Positions 45,659 to 56,479 of a DNA stretch of 64,000 nucleotides are shown piece after piece. Both the position numbers and the translations under genes were made by a program. Positions within the stretch are counted from its first letter, which is position 1. Every line of letters starts with the position of its first letter. The DNA comes from Candidatus Palauibacter sp. (lineage in GTDB: Bacteria; Gemmatimonadota; Gemmatimonadetes; Palauibacterales; Palauibacteraceae), in assembly GCF_965208055.1 (NCBI RefSeq), contig NZ_CBDBNY010000004.1, positions 640,155 to 704,154 on the forward strand. Reading direction: 5' to 3'. The notes under the pieces are model-generated. The model was given only the letters and a program-made list of their open reading frames with translations. It had not been told where the DNA came from and made no database searches.

Positions 45659-46360
45659 ATGAAACCGCTCGACACGCTGCCCCCCGGCGCACACCCCGAC
45701 CAGGGTCGGATCGACACCGGCATCCCGCACAACTGGATGACGACGAAGCTCGACTACGTGATCAACTGGGCGCGCCGCAACTCGCTGTGGCCCATGCCGT
45801 TCGGGACCGCCTGCTGCGCGATCGAGATGATGGCTTCCGCCGCGACCAAGTACGACATCGGCCGCTTCGGAATGGAGCGCATGTCTTTCAGCCCCAGGCA
45901 AGCGGACCTGATGATCGTCGCCGGCCGGGTGACCTACAAGCTGGCCCCGGTTCTGCGTCGGGTCTGGGATCAGATGCCGCAGCCCAAGTGGTGCGTGTCC
46001 ATGGGCGCGTGCGCGAGTTCCGGCGGGATGTTCGACAACTACACGATCGTCCAGGGGATCGACACGATCGTGCCGGTCGATGTCTACGTCCCGGGGTGTC
46101 CGCCCCGGCCGGAAGGTCTCATCTACGGACTCCTCATGATCCAGGAGAAGATCAAGGGAGAGTCGCTGGCGGATCCCCGCGCGCGGGACGAGGCTCCGGA
46201 GGCGGTTGGACGCCCGAATCTGCCCCCCGAAACGATCGAGCTCGTCGCCCAGCCCTTCGGCAACTCGACGAACCAGAACCGCATGAGCGGGCTCGGCCCG
46301 ACCTCCGCCCTGGCCCGTTCGCGCGACCGGCGCGAACGCCGCCTGGAACACCGGGATTGA
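45659..46360 (+). CDS. nuoB: NADH-quinone oxidoreductase subunit B
   Basis: N2-cluster ligands and motifs (CCAIEMM…GACASSGG…PGCPP). Confidence 0.9.
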   Translation: MKPLDTLPPGAHPDQGRIDTGIPHNWMTTKLDYVINWARRNSLWPMPFGTACCAIEMMASAATKYDIGRFGMERMSFSPRQADLMIVAGRVTYKLAPVLRRVWDQMPQPKWCVSMGACASSGGMFDNYTIVQGIDTIVPVDVYVPGCPPRPEGLIYGLLMIQEKIKGESLADPRARDEAPEAVGRPNLPPETIELVAQPFGNSTNQNRMSGLGPTSALARSRDRRERRLEHRD

Positions 46361-46376
46361 CCGGGGCGCTGCGCCG

Positions 46377-48266
46377 TTGACGACCGCGACGACGACCGCG
46401 CCTCCGCGCATGGTGCGGGTCGCGCCCCTCGGCGGGGACGCGGCGAGCCATCCCTCGGTGTGCGCCCTTCGCGAGCGCTTCGGCGACGGCGTGCGGCGGG
46501 TGGAGAGCGACGCGCTCGGCTATCCCGTCGTGTGGATGGACCCCGGCATCAACGCCGAGGCGCTCCGATTCCTCCGCGAGACCCCCGACCAGGCGTACGA
46601 CCTGCTCGCGGACCTCATGGGCGCGCACGGCGGCATCGGAGCCCCGATCCAGGTGTGGTACCAGCTCTGGTCCATGGCGCACGGCCACCAGCTCCGGATC
46701 GCGTGCGAGGTGCCGATGGACGACCTCGAGCTGGACAGCGTCACCGACCAGTGGCTCGCGGCCGACTGGCTGGAACGCGAGGTGTGGGACATGTACGGCG
46801 TGAGCTTCCGCGGCCACCCGGACCTGCGCCGCATCCTCATGCCGGAGAACTACGAAGAGGGCTTCCCCCTCCGGAAGGACTTCCCGCTGCGCGGTCGCTT
46901 CAGCCGGTCCACGCAGGTGAGCCGCGCGCTCTCTCGCGACCTGCTCGACATCTATGCGGTCGAGGAACTGGAGATGGCGGGCTACGCCGTCACCGAGGAC
47001 GGAGAGGTGCAGGCTCCGTCGGAGCGCGCGGCGGAAGGCGAGGCGGCGGCGGGGGGGATCCGCGACGTGAGCCCGGACGAGAAGCCCGAGGACGCGCTCG
47101 AGGGCGCACCCATCCTGATCAACATGGGGCCGCAGCACCCCGCCACGCACGGCGTCCTCCGGCTCGTACTCCAGCTCGACGGGGAGCGCGTCATACGCTG
47201 CGTCCCCCATATCGGGTATCTGCATACGGGCTTCGAGAAAACGTGCGAGTTCCGCGAGTGGAATCAGTGCGTCCCCTACACGGACCGCATGGACTACCTC
47301 GCGCCGATGCTCTACAACATCGGCTACGCCGGGGCGGTCGAAGCGCTCCTCGATGTCGAGATCACGGAGCGCTGCCGCGTCGTCCGCGTCATCCTCGGCG
47401 AGATGAATCGCATCCTCGGCCACCTCCTGTGGCTCGGGACGACGGCGATCGACATCGGCGCGTTCTCCGTCTTCCTCTACACCTTCCAGGAGCGCGAGCG
47501 GATCTACAACCTGCACGAAGCGTACACGGGGGGCCGGATCACGACCTCCGTCACCCGGGTCGGCGGGATGATGGCGGATCTGCCCGTGGGCTGGACGGCG
47601 GCGGCGCGCGACTTCGCGGCCACCTTCCCGGAGACGCTGGACGAGGTCGAGCGGCTCCTGTCGCGCAACGCGATCTGGCAGGGCCGCACGATGGACATCG
47701 GGGTGCTCTCCGCGGACAAGGCGGTGAGCTACGGCGTCACCGGACCCACGCTCCGCGCGAGCGGCGTGGCGTACGACGTGCGGAAGGCGCGTCCCTATCT
47801 CGGGTACGAGGAGTACGACTTCGACGTGCCCGTCGGCACCGCGGGAGACGTCTACGACCGTTATCTCGTGCGGCTCGAGGAGATGCGGCAGAGCATCCGC
47901 ATCATCGAACAGGCGCTGGACCGGCTTCCGGGCGGCCCGATCAACATCGACGACTACCGGATCGTCCTGCCCCCCAAGGGCGAGGCGATGGGGTCGATCG
48001 ACACCATGATCTCGCACTTCAAGCTCGTGATGGAAGGCGTCCGCGTGCCCGCCGGCGAGACGTGGTACTCCATCGAAAGCTCGAAGGGCGAGTTGGGGTT
48101 CGGGGTCATCTCCGACGGCGGCACGAAGCCCGTCCGCTGCCGGTTCCGCGGCCCGTCGTTCATCAACATCGCCTCGCTCCCGGAACTCGTGAGGGGCGAA
48201 CTCGTCGCGGACGTCGTCGCGATCAACGCCTCGCTCGATGTCGTGCTCGGAGAGATCGATCGATGA
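46377..48266 (+). CDS. nuoCD: NADH-quinone oxidoreductase fused subunits C/D
   Basis: 629-aa fusion of an N-terminal NuoC (30-kDa) region and a C-terminal NuoD (49-kDa) region (…[13 protein letters not shown]…). The start (TTG 46377 or ATG 46410) is uncertain. Confidence 0.85.
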   Translation: MTTATTTAPPRMVRVAPLGGDAASHPSVCALRERFGDGVRRVESDALGYPVVWMDPGINAEALRFLRETPDQAYDLLADLMGAHGGIGAPIQVWYQLWSMAHGHQLRIACEVPMDDLELDSVTDQWLAADWLEREVWDMYGVSFRGHPDLRRILMPENYEEGFPLRKDFPLRGRFSRSTQVSRALSRDLLDIYAVEELEMAGYAVTEDGEVQAPSERAAEGEAAAGGIRDVSPDEKPEDALEGAPILINMGPQHPATHGVLRLVLQLDGERVIRCVPHIGYLHTGFEKTCEFREWNQCVPYTDRMDYLAPMLYNIGYAGAVEALLDVEITERCRVVRVILGEMNRILGHLLWLGTTAIDIGAFSVFLYTFQERERIYNLHEAYTGGRITTSVTRVGGMMADLPVGWTAAARDFAATFPETLDEVERLLSRNAIWQGRTMDIGVLSADKAVSYGVTGPTLRASGVAYDVRKARPYLGYEEYDFDVPVGTAGDVYDRYLVRLEEMRQSIRIIEQALDRLPGGPINIDDYRIVLPPKGEAMGSIDTMISHFKLVMEGVRVPAGETWYSIESSKGELGFGVISDGGTKPVRCRFRGPSFINIASLPELVRGELVADVVAINASLDVVLGEIDR

Positions 48267-48859
48267 GCCGGCGCATCCATCCCGCGGTCGTCGGGGCGCA
48301 GCCGTTCCAGCTGACGGCGAGGGAGACCTTCGACGGACCCATCTTCGAGACGGAGGAAGGGAAGCACCGGCTGGAAGCGGCCCTCTCCCGCTATCCGACG
48401 AAGCAGGCGGCGCTCCTCCCCATGCTCGGATTCGTGCAGTCGGTGAAGGGGTGGGTCGAACCCGCGGACATGGTGGAAATCGCCGAGGCTCTGGATCTGA
48501 CGCCGGCCTACGTGCACTCGATCGCGACCTTCTACACGATGTACAACAGGCACCCGGTCGGGCGTCACTTCGTCCAGGTGTGCACGAACATCTCCTGCCA
48601 TCTGAACGGGGCCGAGGAGGTGCTGCACGGCTTCCTTGCCGAGACGGGGACGCGGGAGGGCGAGATCTCCGAGGATGGCGAGTTCACCGTGATCGAGGCG
48701 GAATGCCTGGGCGCGTGCGGGTTTGCCACGGTCGTTCAGGTGAACGACCGCTACCTCGAGGAGGTGACGCCGGGCCGTGTGCCCGAGATCGTCGCGAAGC
48801 TGCGGGGGGCGCGCAACGGCGCCGCGACGGAGGGGTCGGGCGCGGGGGGTGGCGCATGA
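48263..48859 (+). CDS. nuoE: NADH-quinone oxidoreductase subunit E
   Basis: Thioredoxin-like 2Fe-2S motifs (CTNISCHL…CLGACG). ATGA overlap. Confidence 0.85.
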   Translation: MSRRIHPAVVGAQPFQLTARETFDGPIFETEEGKHRLEAALSRYPTKQAALLPMLGFVQSVKGWVEPADMVEIAEALDLTPAYVHSIATFYTMYNRHPVGRHFVQVCTNISCHLNGAEEVLHGFLAETGTREGEISEDGEFTVIEAECLGACGFATVVQVNDRYLEEVTPGRVPEIVAKLRGARNGAATEGSGAGGGA

Positions 48860-50145
48860 GCTTCCCTCACCGGAGCAATCTCGAGACGACGACCCGACTC
48901 TCGCGGCACCAGGGTGAGGCCGGGGCGCGGACGCTCGGCGGCTGGCGCGCGCTGGGCGGCTACGAGGCGCTGCGGAAGTCGCTCGACATGTCGCCCGCCC
49001 GGATCACAGAGGTCGTCAAGGCCTCGGGCCTTCGCGGGCGGGGCGGGGCGGGCTTCCCGACGGGTCTCAAGTGGAGCTTCATGCCGAAGGACGACGGCAA
49101 GCCGCACTACCTGTGCTGCAACGCGGACGAATCCGAACCTGGCGCCTTCAAGGACCGGGAGGTCATCCGCTGGACGCCGCACCTGCTCATCGAGGGCTGC
49201 CTGATCGCCTCGCGCGCCATCGGGGCGGAGCACGCCTACATCTACGTTCGGGGCGAGTTCTTCGAGGAAACGAAGGTCCTCAACGCCGCGGTCGTCGAGG
49301 CGTACGAGAACGGTCTCGCGGGGGATGGGATCCTCGGCTCGTCGTGGTCGTGCGATGTGACGATCCACGCCGGCGCCGGGGCGTACATTGCCGGCGAGGA
49401 GACGGGCCTCATGAACTCGCTCATGGGGAACCGCGCGGAGCCCTGGGCGAAGCCCCCCTTCCCGGCGCAGGCCGGGGCGTTCGGGATGCCCACGACGGTG
49501 AACAACGTCGAGACCCTCGCGGCGGTCCCCATGATCCTGGAGCACGGCGCGGACTGGTACCGGCAGTGGGGGAGCGACGAGTCGCCCGGGACCAAGCTGT
49601 GGAGCTGCTCGGGCCACCTCGTGCGCCCGGGCAACTACGAGTTTCCGCTGGGCCTGCCGCTGAGCGACATCATCTTCGAGGCCTGCGGCGGCACCCCATC
49701 GGGCAAGCCGGTCAAGGCCGTGATCCCGGGCGGGTCGTCCACGGCGTTCCTCGGCGGAGACGAACTCGACTGCGCGACGACGTACGAGGGGCTGGCGGAG
49801 GCGGGCAGCGCCCTCGGCACCGCCTCGCCGATCGTGATGGACGAGGACACGGACATCGTCGCGGCCATGCGCCGGATCGCACAGTTCTACGCGCACGAGT
49901 CGTGCGGCCAGTGCGTGCAGTGCCGCGAGGGCACGTCGTGGGTCGTCCGCATCCTGCAGCGCATCGAGGCGGGGGACGGGCGGCCGAGCGACATCGACAC
50001 GCTGTACGAGCTGTGCGAGCAGATGACGGGACGCACGATCTGTGTGCTGGCGGACAGCGTCGTGTTCCCGCTCCGCTCCTCGCTCGACAAGTTCCGCGCC
50101 GACTACGAGGCGCTGATGAAGCCGACCCTGGTCGCGGCGGGCTGA
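48856..50145 (+). CDS. nuoF: NADH-quinone oxidoreductase subunit F
   Basis: FMN/NADH site (GRGGAGFPTG…CNADESEPG) and 4Fe-4S motif (ESCGQCVQCREG). ATGA overlap. Confidence 0.9.
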   Translation: MSFPHRSNLETTTRLSRHQGEAGARTLGGWRALGGYEALRKSLDMSPARITEVVKASGLRGRGGAGFPTGLKWSFMPKDDGKPHYLCCNADESEPGAFKDREVIRWTPHLLIEGCLIASRAIGAEHAYIYVRGEFFEETKVLNAAVVEAYENGLAGDGILGSSWSCDVTIHAGAGAYIAGEETGLMNSLMGNRAEPWAKPPFPAQAGAFGMPTTVNNVETLAAVPMILEHGADWYRQWGSDESPGTKLWSCSGHLVRPGNYEFPLGLPLSDIIFEACGGTPSGKPVKAVIPGGSSTAFLGGDELDCATTYEGLAEAGSALGTASPIVMDEDTDIVAAMRRIAQFYAHESCGQCVQCREGTSWVVRILQRIEAGDGRPSDIDTLYELCEQMTGRTICVLADSVVFPLRSSLDKFRADYEALMKPTLVAAG

Positions 50146-50148
50146 GGC

Positions 50149-51762
50149 ATGGCTGAGAACGGCGCGAAGGCGACGGTTACGCTCACGATCGACGGGGTCG
50201 AGGTCACGGTCCCGAGCGGCACCCGCGTCATCGAGGCCGCGGAGCACGTGGGCGTCGTCGTGCCCCGCTATTGCTACCATCCGGGCATCCCCACGCGGCC
50301 GGCGCAGTGCCGCATGTGTCTCGTGGAGGTTGAGGGGCGCCCCAAGCTGGAGCCCTCGTGTACGCTGCAGGCGACCGATGACATGGTCGTGAATACGGCG
50401 AGCGACACTGCCCGCACGGCCCGCCAGTCGGTCATCGAGTTCCTCCTCGTCAACCACCCGCTCGATTGCCCGATCTGCGACGCCGCGGGGCAGTGCATGC
50501 TTCAGGATTACGCGTACGTCACCAACCAGCTCGAGAGCCGGGTCGACGAGCCCAAGCGGATCATGGGGCGGGACCGCATCTCCGACGACATCCTCTACTT
50601 CGCGGACCGCTGCGTCATCTGCACGCGCTGCGTGCGCTTCATGCGCGATGTCGCCGAGGACGATTCGCTCATCGTCGCGCAGCGCGGGGACAAGGCGTAC
50701 ATCGACACCTTCCCCGGGCGCGAACTCGACAACCCGTTCCAGGGGAACATCGTCGACGTGTGCCCGGTCGGCGCGCTCGTGCACGAGGACTTCGTGTTCA
50801 AGGCGCGGGCCTGGGACATGGATGCGGCAGCGAGCGTGTGTCCCGGGTGTCCGACGGGCTGCAACGTCACGATCGACACCAAGGAGAACCAGATCGTACG
50901 CGTGAAGCCGAGGCACAACGCGGCGGTGAACTCGTGGTGGATGTGCGATTACGGGCGCAAGCACCTCGTGATGACGAACCGCGGCGTGCGAGCCGAGGTC
51001 CCCCTCATCCGCGACGGCGAGCAACTGAGGCCCGTCGACTGGGCGACGGCGCTCGACTGGGTGGCGGAGAAGATCGGCGGCCTCGAGGGAGCCGGCGGGA
51101 GCGCGATCGTGTCCCCGGACGCCTCCAACGAGAATCTGTTCCATGTCCGGAAGCTCCTCGAACGGCTCGGGGTCGCGGGCGCGGCTTTTCAGGTCCCGCG
51201 GGGCGAGACCGCCGCCCTGCCCACGGTGCCGACGCTCAAGCTGAGGGCGGATCGCGCCGCGAACGCGACGGGCGCCGGACTCTTCGGCGGCCATCGCGTG
51301 GACGGTCTCCCCGACGGCCCGGCGGGCGGAGCGCTGGTCGTGCTCGATGACGCCCTCGATGGAGCCGATGAGGACTTCGGCGGCGCGGCCGACTTCTTCC
51401 TCTACCTCGGCACGCGGCTTCCCGGCGCGGCGCGGCACGCGGATGCGGTGTTCCCGATCGCGACGTTCACCGAGATGGACGGCACGTTCACGAACTTCGA
51501 AGGCCGTGTGCAGCGCTTCCACCAGGCGCTGAGGCCGCCGGGGCTGGCCCGCCCGGGCTGGATGGTGCTGAGCCGCGTGCTCGCCCGCCTGGGAGACGGC
51601 GAGGCCATCAACGATGTGCGCACCGCGCTCGACCGGATGGCGGCGGAGATCCCGGCCTTTGCGGGCCTGACGTGGGACGGGATCGGGCTCAAGGGCGCCC
51701 CGGTCGCCGACTCGGCCGCGGAAGCCGTCGCCGTCGCCGATTCCGCGGAGGCCGACGCGTGA
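50149..51762 (+). CDS. nuoG: NADH-quinone oxidoreductase subunit G (short form, 537 aa)
   Basis: N-terminal 2Fe-2S and 4Fe-4S cysteine clusters (CYH…C.MCLVE…; HPLDCPICDAAGQC; CVICTRCVRF). The molybdopterin-like C-domain is shortened. Confidence 0.85.
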   Translation: MAENGAKATVTLTIDGVEVTVPSGTRVIEAAEHVGVVVPRYCYHPGIPTRPAQCRMCLVEVEGRPKLEPSCTLQATDDMVVNTASDTARTARQSVIEFLLVNHPLDCPICDAAGQCMLQDYAYVTNQLESRVDEPKRIMGRDRISDDILYFADRCVICTRCVRFMRDVAEDDSLIVAQRGDKAYIDTFPGRELDNPFQGNIVDVCPVGALVHEDFVFKARAWDMDAAASVCPGCPTGCNVTIDTKENQIVRVKPRHNAAVNSWWMCDYGRKHLVMTNRGVRAEVPLIRDGEQLRPVDWATALDWVAEKIGGLEGAGGSAIVSPDASNENLFHVRKLLERLGVAGAAFQVPRGETAALPTVPTLKLRADRAANATGAGLFGGHRVDGLPDGPAGGALVVLDDALDGADEDFGGAADFFLYLGTRLPGAARHADAVFPIATFTEMDGTFTNFEGRVQRFHQALRPPGLARPGWMVLSRVLARLGDGEAINDVRTALDRMAAEIPAFAGLTWDGIGLKGAPVADSAAEAVAVADSAEADA

Positions 51763-53018
51763 ACCCGGTCACCGGCGGCGCCTTCGTGCTCGCCACCGTG
51801 GGGAAGGTCCTCGTCTTCTTCTCGGTGCTGATGCTCGCGGTGATGTTCGCCACGATCTTCGAGCGCAAGGTGTGCGGCTTCATGCAGGACCGGAGCGGCC
51901 CGAACCGCGTCGGCCCGTGGGGACTCCTCCAGGTCATCGCCGACGGGCTCAAGAATCTCCTGAAGGAAGAGACGATGCCGGAGCAGGCGATCCGGCCCTT
52001 CTTTCTGCTCGCGCCCGTCCTCGGGATCCTGCCGGCCACGATCCTCTTCGCCGTGATCCCCTTCGCTTCCCCCATGCCCACGCCGTGGGGACTTGTGGAG
52101 ATGATCGTGGCGGACGTGCCGATCGGTTTCCTCTACGTGCTCGCGATCGGTTCGATCGGCGTGTACGGCGTCGCGATGGGCGGTTGGGCCTCCGGCTCGA
52201 AGTACTCGCTCCTCGGCGGGCTTCGCGGCTCCGCCCAGATGGTGAGCTACGAGGTTGCGCTCGCGCTCAGCCTCGTCCCCCTCATCCTCCTCACCGGGGA
52301 TGTGCGCGCGCCCGAGATCGTCTCCATGCAGCAGACGTTCACGGCCGGGCCGGCGACGTACGCGACCTGGTTCATGTTTCCGCTCCTCGTCGGTCTCTTC
52401 TTCTTCTTCGTGTCGGGACTCGCGGAGACGAACCGCCTGCCTTTCGACCTTCCGGAAGCGGAGGCCGAACTCATCACCGGATACCACACGGAGTATTCGG
52501 CGATGAAGTTCTCGATGTTCATGATCGGCGAGTTCGCGCACGTGATCACGGTCGCCGCGCTCGTCACGGTCTTTTTCCTCGGCGGGTGGGACATCCCGTT
52601 CTGGCAGGGGGACAATATCCGTGTACTCTCCGATGGGACCGTGATCGGGGAGCCGACGTGGTGGAAGACGCTGCTAACGCTCGGCGCGTTCGGCTTGAAG
52701 ACAGCGCTTCTCGTGCTCGTCTTCGTCTGGATTCGGTGGACGCTGCCGCGCTTCCGCTACGACCAGCTCATGGATCTGGGCTGGAAGTTCATGCTGGAAG
52801 CGGTGACGGTCTACATCCTCGTCATCGCCTTCGTCATCCTCGGAATCGAGGCGGTCGGCATCCCGGCCGGCGGTTGGTACGCGTTCGTTCTCTTTCTCGT
52901 GAATCTTGCACTCGCAGCGGTCCTCTTCTTCGCCATGGACCGGGGGACGCTGATCCGCGGCGGGGCGAAGGGGGCGAGGTCGACCGGCGGTGACGCCGGG
53001 GAAGGCCGGGGAGGGTAA
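51759..53018 (+). CDS. nuoH: NADH-quinone oxidoreductase subunit H
   Basis: NuoH/ND1 sequence (FERKV.GFMQDR.GPNRVGP.GLLQ…). GTGA overlap. A ~40-aa Gly/Arg-rich C-terminal tail is present. Confidence 0.9.
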   Translation: MNPVTGGAFVLATVGKVLVFFSVLMLAVMFATIFERKVCGFMQDRSGPNRVGPWGLLQVIADGLKNLLKEETMPEQAIRPFFLLAPVLGILPATILFAVIPFASPMPTPWGLVEMIVADVPIGFLYVLAIGSIGVYGVAMGGWASGSKYSLLGGLRGSAQMVSYEVALALSLVPLILLTGDVRAPEIVSMQQTFTAGPATYATWFMFPLLVGLFFFFVSGLAETNRLPFDLPEAEAELITGYHTEYSAMKFSMFMIGEFAHVITVAALVTVFFLGGWDIPFWQGDNIRVLSDGTVIGEPTWWKTLLTLGAFGLKTALLVLVFVWIRWTLPRFRYDQLMDLGWKFMLEAVTVYILVIAFVILGIEAVGIPAGGWYAFVLFLVNLALAAVLFFAMDRGTLIRGGAKGARSTGGDAGEGRGG

Positions 53019-53516
53019 ATGCCTGGAGACGTGAAAGTTGTGGAGCGGCCGCGAGCCGAGAGTTCATACGTGCGCGCGGCGGCGAAGGGGATGTCGATCA
53101 CCATGCGACACCTCCTCAGCCCGAACAAGAAGACGCAGCAATATCCCGACGAGAAATGGGAACTCGCGCCGCGGACGCGCGGAACGCACCGCATGGCGGT
53201 GCACGAGGATGGACGGGCGAAGTGCGTCGCGTGCGGCCTGTGCCCGACCGTGTGCCCCGTGAACTGCATCAAGCTGGTGCCGGCGGAGGACGAGAACGGC
53301 GAGCGCTACGCGGCGATCTACGAGATCGACGAGTTCCGCTGCATCTTCTGCGGCTACTGCCAGGAGGTGTGTCCGGTCGAGGCGATTCACCTCGGCGTGC
53401 ACTACGAGAACGCGGAGTACTCTCGCGAGCGCTGGGTGTACGACCTGGAGCGGCTGGTCGAACAGGAGCACGAGGTCACGGCGCTGTGGGATCCGCAGGA
53501 CCCGGCGTCGCAGTGA
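53019..53516 (+). CDS. nuoI: NADH-quinone oxidoreductase subunit I
   Basis: Two 4Fe-4S ferredoxin motifs (CVACGLCPTVCP; CIFCGYCQEVCP). Confidence 0.9.
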   Translation: MPGDVKVVERPRAESSYVRAAAKGMSITMRHLLSPNKKTQQYPDEKWELAPRTRGTHRMAVHEDGRAKCVACGLCPTVCPVNCIKLVPAEDENGERYAAIYEIDEFRCIFCGYCQEVCPVEAIHLGVHYENAEYSRERWVYDLERLVEQEHEVTALWDPQDPASQ

Positions 53517-53535
53517 TGACGCGATCGATGTCGAG

Positions 53536-54063
53536 ATGATTCAGGACTTTCTCTTCCAGGCTTTCGCCGCGAGCGCGATTCTGGGCGCGGTGATCATGGT
53601 CACGCGCCGAAATCCCGTGTCCGCCGTGATCTTCCTGGTCGGCGTGTTCTTCGCCACGTCCGGCATGTTCCTCATGCTGGACGCGCACTACATCGCGGCC
53701 ATCAACGTGATCCTGTACGGCGGGGCCATCATGGTCCTCTTCCTCTTCGTCCTCATGCTCCTGAACCTGGGGCACGCGGACTGGCGCGACCTGAAGGGAC
53801 CGGTCGGGGGACTCATCGGCGGTTCGATCTCGATCGCCTTCCTCGGCGTGCTCACGCGGCTCTTCGTCGGTGGGACGGACGCGCGGCCCGTCGTCGAAGT
53901 CGCGGGCAGCGCGCTGCGCGAAGCGGCGGCCGAACAGGGGGTCGTCGGCGTCGTGGCCCGGCCGCTCTTCCAGGAGTACACGATCGTGCTCGAGGTGACG
54001 GGCGTGCTTCTCCTGGTCTCGATGGTGGGGACGATCCTGCTGGCCCGCAGGGAGCGGACGTGA
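53536..54063 (+). CDS. nuoJ: NADH-quinone oxidoreductase subunit J
   Basis: NuoJ/ND6-like TM protein with a characteristic N-terminus. Confidence 0.85.
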   Translation: MIQDFLFQAFAASAILGAVIMVTRRNPVSAVIFLVGVFFATSGMFLMLDAHYIAAINVILYGGAIMVLFLFVLMLLNLGHADWRDLKGPVGGLIGGSISIAFLGVLTRLFVGGTDARPVVEVAGSALREAAAEQGVVGVVARPLFQEYTIVLEVTGVLLLVSMVGTILLARRERT

Positions 54064-54389
54064 GCGAGGCGGGCATGGCGAGCGCGCTCGGCCTGCACGG
54101 ACTCATCGCCCTCTTCGTGAGCGCGATCCTGTTCTCGATCGGTGTGATCGGGGTCCTGCTGCGGCGCAACGCGATCATCGTGTTCATGTGCATCGAGTTG
54201 ATGCTGAACGCCGCGAACCTGTCGCTCGTCGCCTTCTCGCGCATGCACGGGATCGAGGGCCAGATCTTCGTCTTCTTCGTCATGGCCGTCGCCGCGGCCG
54301 AGGCCGCCGTGGGACTCGCGATCATCATCGCGATCTTTCGGCACTATGAAGTCGTGGACCTCGACCGCTTCCGGCTCCTGAAGTGGTGA
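54060..54389 (+). CDS. nuoK: NADH-quinone oxidoreductase subunit K
   Basis: 109 aa with three TM segments (…[17 protein letters not shown]…). GTGA overlap. Confidence 0.85.
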   Translation: MSEAGMASALGLHGLIALFVSAILFSIGVIGVLLRRNAIIVFMCIELMLNAANLSLVAFSRMHGIEGQIFVFFVMAVAAAEAAVGLAIIIAIFRHYEVVDLDRFRLLKW

Positions 54390-56479
54390 GTTTCGACGCC
54401 GTATCGGGTGCGGGCGCGCTTGCGTCCGGAGCGGGCGCCTTCGCGGGGCAGGAGGGCGCGGGAGCCGGGTTCCATCCGGTGCTCCCGTGGCTCATCCTCG
54501 CCCTCCCGCTGCTCGGGGCGGCGGTGAACGGCGCCGGGGCCTTCCTGTGGCGCGACGACAAGCGGATCCCGACGATCGTCGGACCCGCGGCGCTGCTCGG
54601 GAGCTTCGCGGTCGTCCTCGTCAACTTCATCGCGATGAGCGGCGCGGAACTGCATGGCGCGGAAGTGGTCCGCCTGTGGAACTGGATCGTGTCCGGGGAC
54701 CTCCGCATCGGGGTCGACCTCCAGTTCGATCAGCTCTCGATGCTGATGTGCATGATCGTGACCGGGGTCGGGAGCCTGATCCACATCTATTCCGTCGGCT
54801 ACATGCGCGACGATCCCGGCTATTCCCGCTACTTCTCGTATCTCAACCTCTTCGTCTTCTTCATGCTCGTCCTCGTCCTCGGGGCCAGCTTCCCGCTCAT
54901 GTTCGTGGGCTGGGAGGGCGTGGGGCTCTGCTCGTACCTGCTCATCGGCTTCTGGTACGAGAACCGGGACTACGCGAACGCGGGCAAGAAGGCGTTCATC
55001 ATGAACCGGATCGGCGACGCGGGCTTCCTCGTCGCCATGTTCCTGGTCTTCACGGCCTTCGGGACGCTGGATTTCATTCCCGTCCTGGAGGCGGCGGAGG
55101 GAACGCTCGCGTACGGCGGCGTTCTCGCCACCGGCATCACGCTCCTCCTCTTCCTCGGCTGCACGGGGAAGTCGGCCCAGATCCCCCTTCACACCTGGCT
55201 TCCCGACGCCATGGCGGGTCCGACGCCGGTTTCGGCGCTCATTCACGCGGCGACGATGGTGACGGCCGGGGTCTATCTCATCGCGCGCACGAGCGTCCTG
55301 TTCGCCCTCTCGCCCGTGTCCCAGGGGGTGGTGGCGGCGGTCGGGGCGGGGACGGCGCTGTTCGCGGCCTCGATCGCGATCCGGCAGTACGACATCAAGA
55401 AGGTGCTCGCGTACTCCACGATCTCGCAGCTCGGCTACATGTTCCTCGCTGTCGGCGTGGGCGCGTTCACGGCCGGCGTCTTCCACCTGATGACGCACGC
55501 CTTCTTCAAGGCGCTCCTCTTCCTCGGCGCGGGGGCCGTGATCCACGCGGTGCATCATGCGTGGGCGCACGGAGAGGACGGACACGGCGACGGGGACCAC
55601 GGCGATCCGAACGACATGCGGAACCACGGCGGACTGAGGAAGTTCATGCCCCGTACGTTCGTCTTCATGTGGGTCGCGACGCTCGCGATCGCGGGCGTGC
55701 CGCCGCTGGCCGGGTTCTTCTCGAAGGACGAGATCATCTGGTACGCGGGCGCGTACGGATATCCGATCCTGTGGGGCGTGGCGCTGGCCACGGCGCTGCT
55801 CACGGCGGTGTACATGGCCCGCCTCATGGTCCTGACCTTCCACGGGGAGAACCGCACCTTCGGGCACGGCGGAGCGTCCGAGGCCGGGCGGAAACTGCAC
55901 GAGGTGCCGCTCGTGATGTGGGCTCCGCTCGCCGTGCTCGCCGCCCTTTCCGTGGTTGGAGGCTGGGCCAACATCCCGGAGGCGCTGCCATTGCTGCCGG
56001 CCGTCGAATGGCTGCACCACTGGCTCGAGCCCGTGTTCGAGCCCGCGATCGCCGTCAAGGAGGCACACGGCTTCGTTGCCGAGCACCACGCGCCCGTCGG
56101 CGGCGGCGAGGCCCTGTGGGCGGGGATCTCCGCCGCGATCGCGATCGCGGCCGTCACGGCGACGGTCCGTGTCCTGTCGCCGAAGCCGGTGCCGACGGAG
56201 GCGGAGGCGGTGGCGCCGACCGGCTTCGCCCGCGTCCTCCACGACAAATGGTACGTGGATGAGCTGTACGACCGCGCCATCGTCCGCCCCTCGCTCGCGC
56301 TGTGGCGCGCCTGCTGGCGGATCGTGGATGCGGGCCTCATCGATGGCGCCGTGAACGGGGCGGGGCGGGCCGCCCGCCTCCTCGGATGGGCCGGGGGACA
56401 ACTCCAGACGGGCCGCGTGACGACCTATCTCGTCGCCTTCATGCTCGGGGCCCTCCTCGTCCTCGGCGTGCTCTCATGA
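54383..56479 (+). CDS. nuoL: NADH-quinone oxidoreductase subunit L
   Basis: Mrp-antiporter-like subunit with a long C-terminal amphipathic helix region. The first ~30 residues of the ORF may precede the real start. Confidence 0.85.
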   Translation: MVSFDAVSGAGALASGAGAFAGQEGAGAGFHPVLPWLILALPLLGAAVNGAGAFLWRDDKRIPTIVGPAALLGSFAVVLVNFIAMSGAELHGAEVVRLWNWIVSGDLRIGVDLQFDQLSMLMCMIVTGVGSLIHIYSVGYMRDDPGYSRYFSYLNLFVFFMLVLVLGASFPLMFVGWEGVGLCSYLLIGFWYENRDYANAGKKAFIMNRIGDAGFLVAMFLVFTAFGTLDFIPVLEAAEGTLAYGGVLATGITLLLFLGCTGKSAQIPLHTWLPDAMAGPTPVSALIHAATMVTAGVYLIARTSVLFALSPVSQGVVAAVGAGTALFAASIAIRQYDIKKVLAYSTISQLGYMFLAVGVGAFTAGVFHLMTHAFFKALLFLGAGAVIHAVHHAWAHGEDGHGDGDHGDPNDMRNHGGLRKFMPRTFVFMWVATLAIAGVPPLAGFFSKDEIIWYAGAYGYPILWGVALATALLTAVYMARLMVLTFHGENRTFGHGGASEAGRKLHEVPLVMWAPLAVLAALSVVGGWANIPEALPLLPAVEWLHHWLEPVFEPAIAVKEAHGFVAEHHAPVGGGEALWAGISAAIAIAAVTATVRVLSPKPVPTEAEAVAPTGFARVLHDKWYVDELYDRAIVRPSLALWRACWRIVDAGLIDGAVNGAGRAARLLGWAGGQLQTGRVTTYLVAFMLGALLVLGVLS

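Noticed and set aside
50149-51762. NuoG as a truncated pseudogene (only 537 aa)
   Set aside because: The ORF is intact. Its stop is overlapped by the GTG start of nuoH, and all N-terminal Fe-S motifs are preserved. It is a short-form 75-kDa subunit rather than a truncation.
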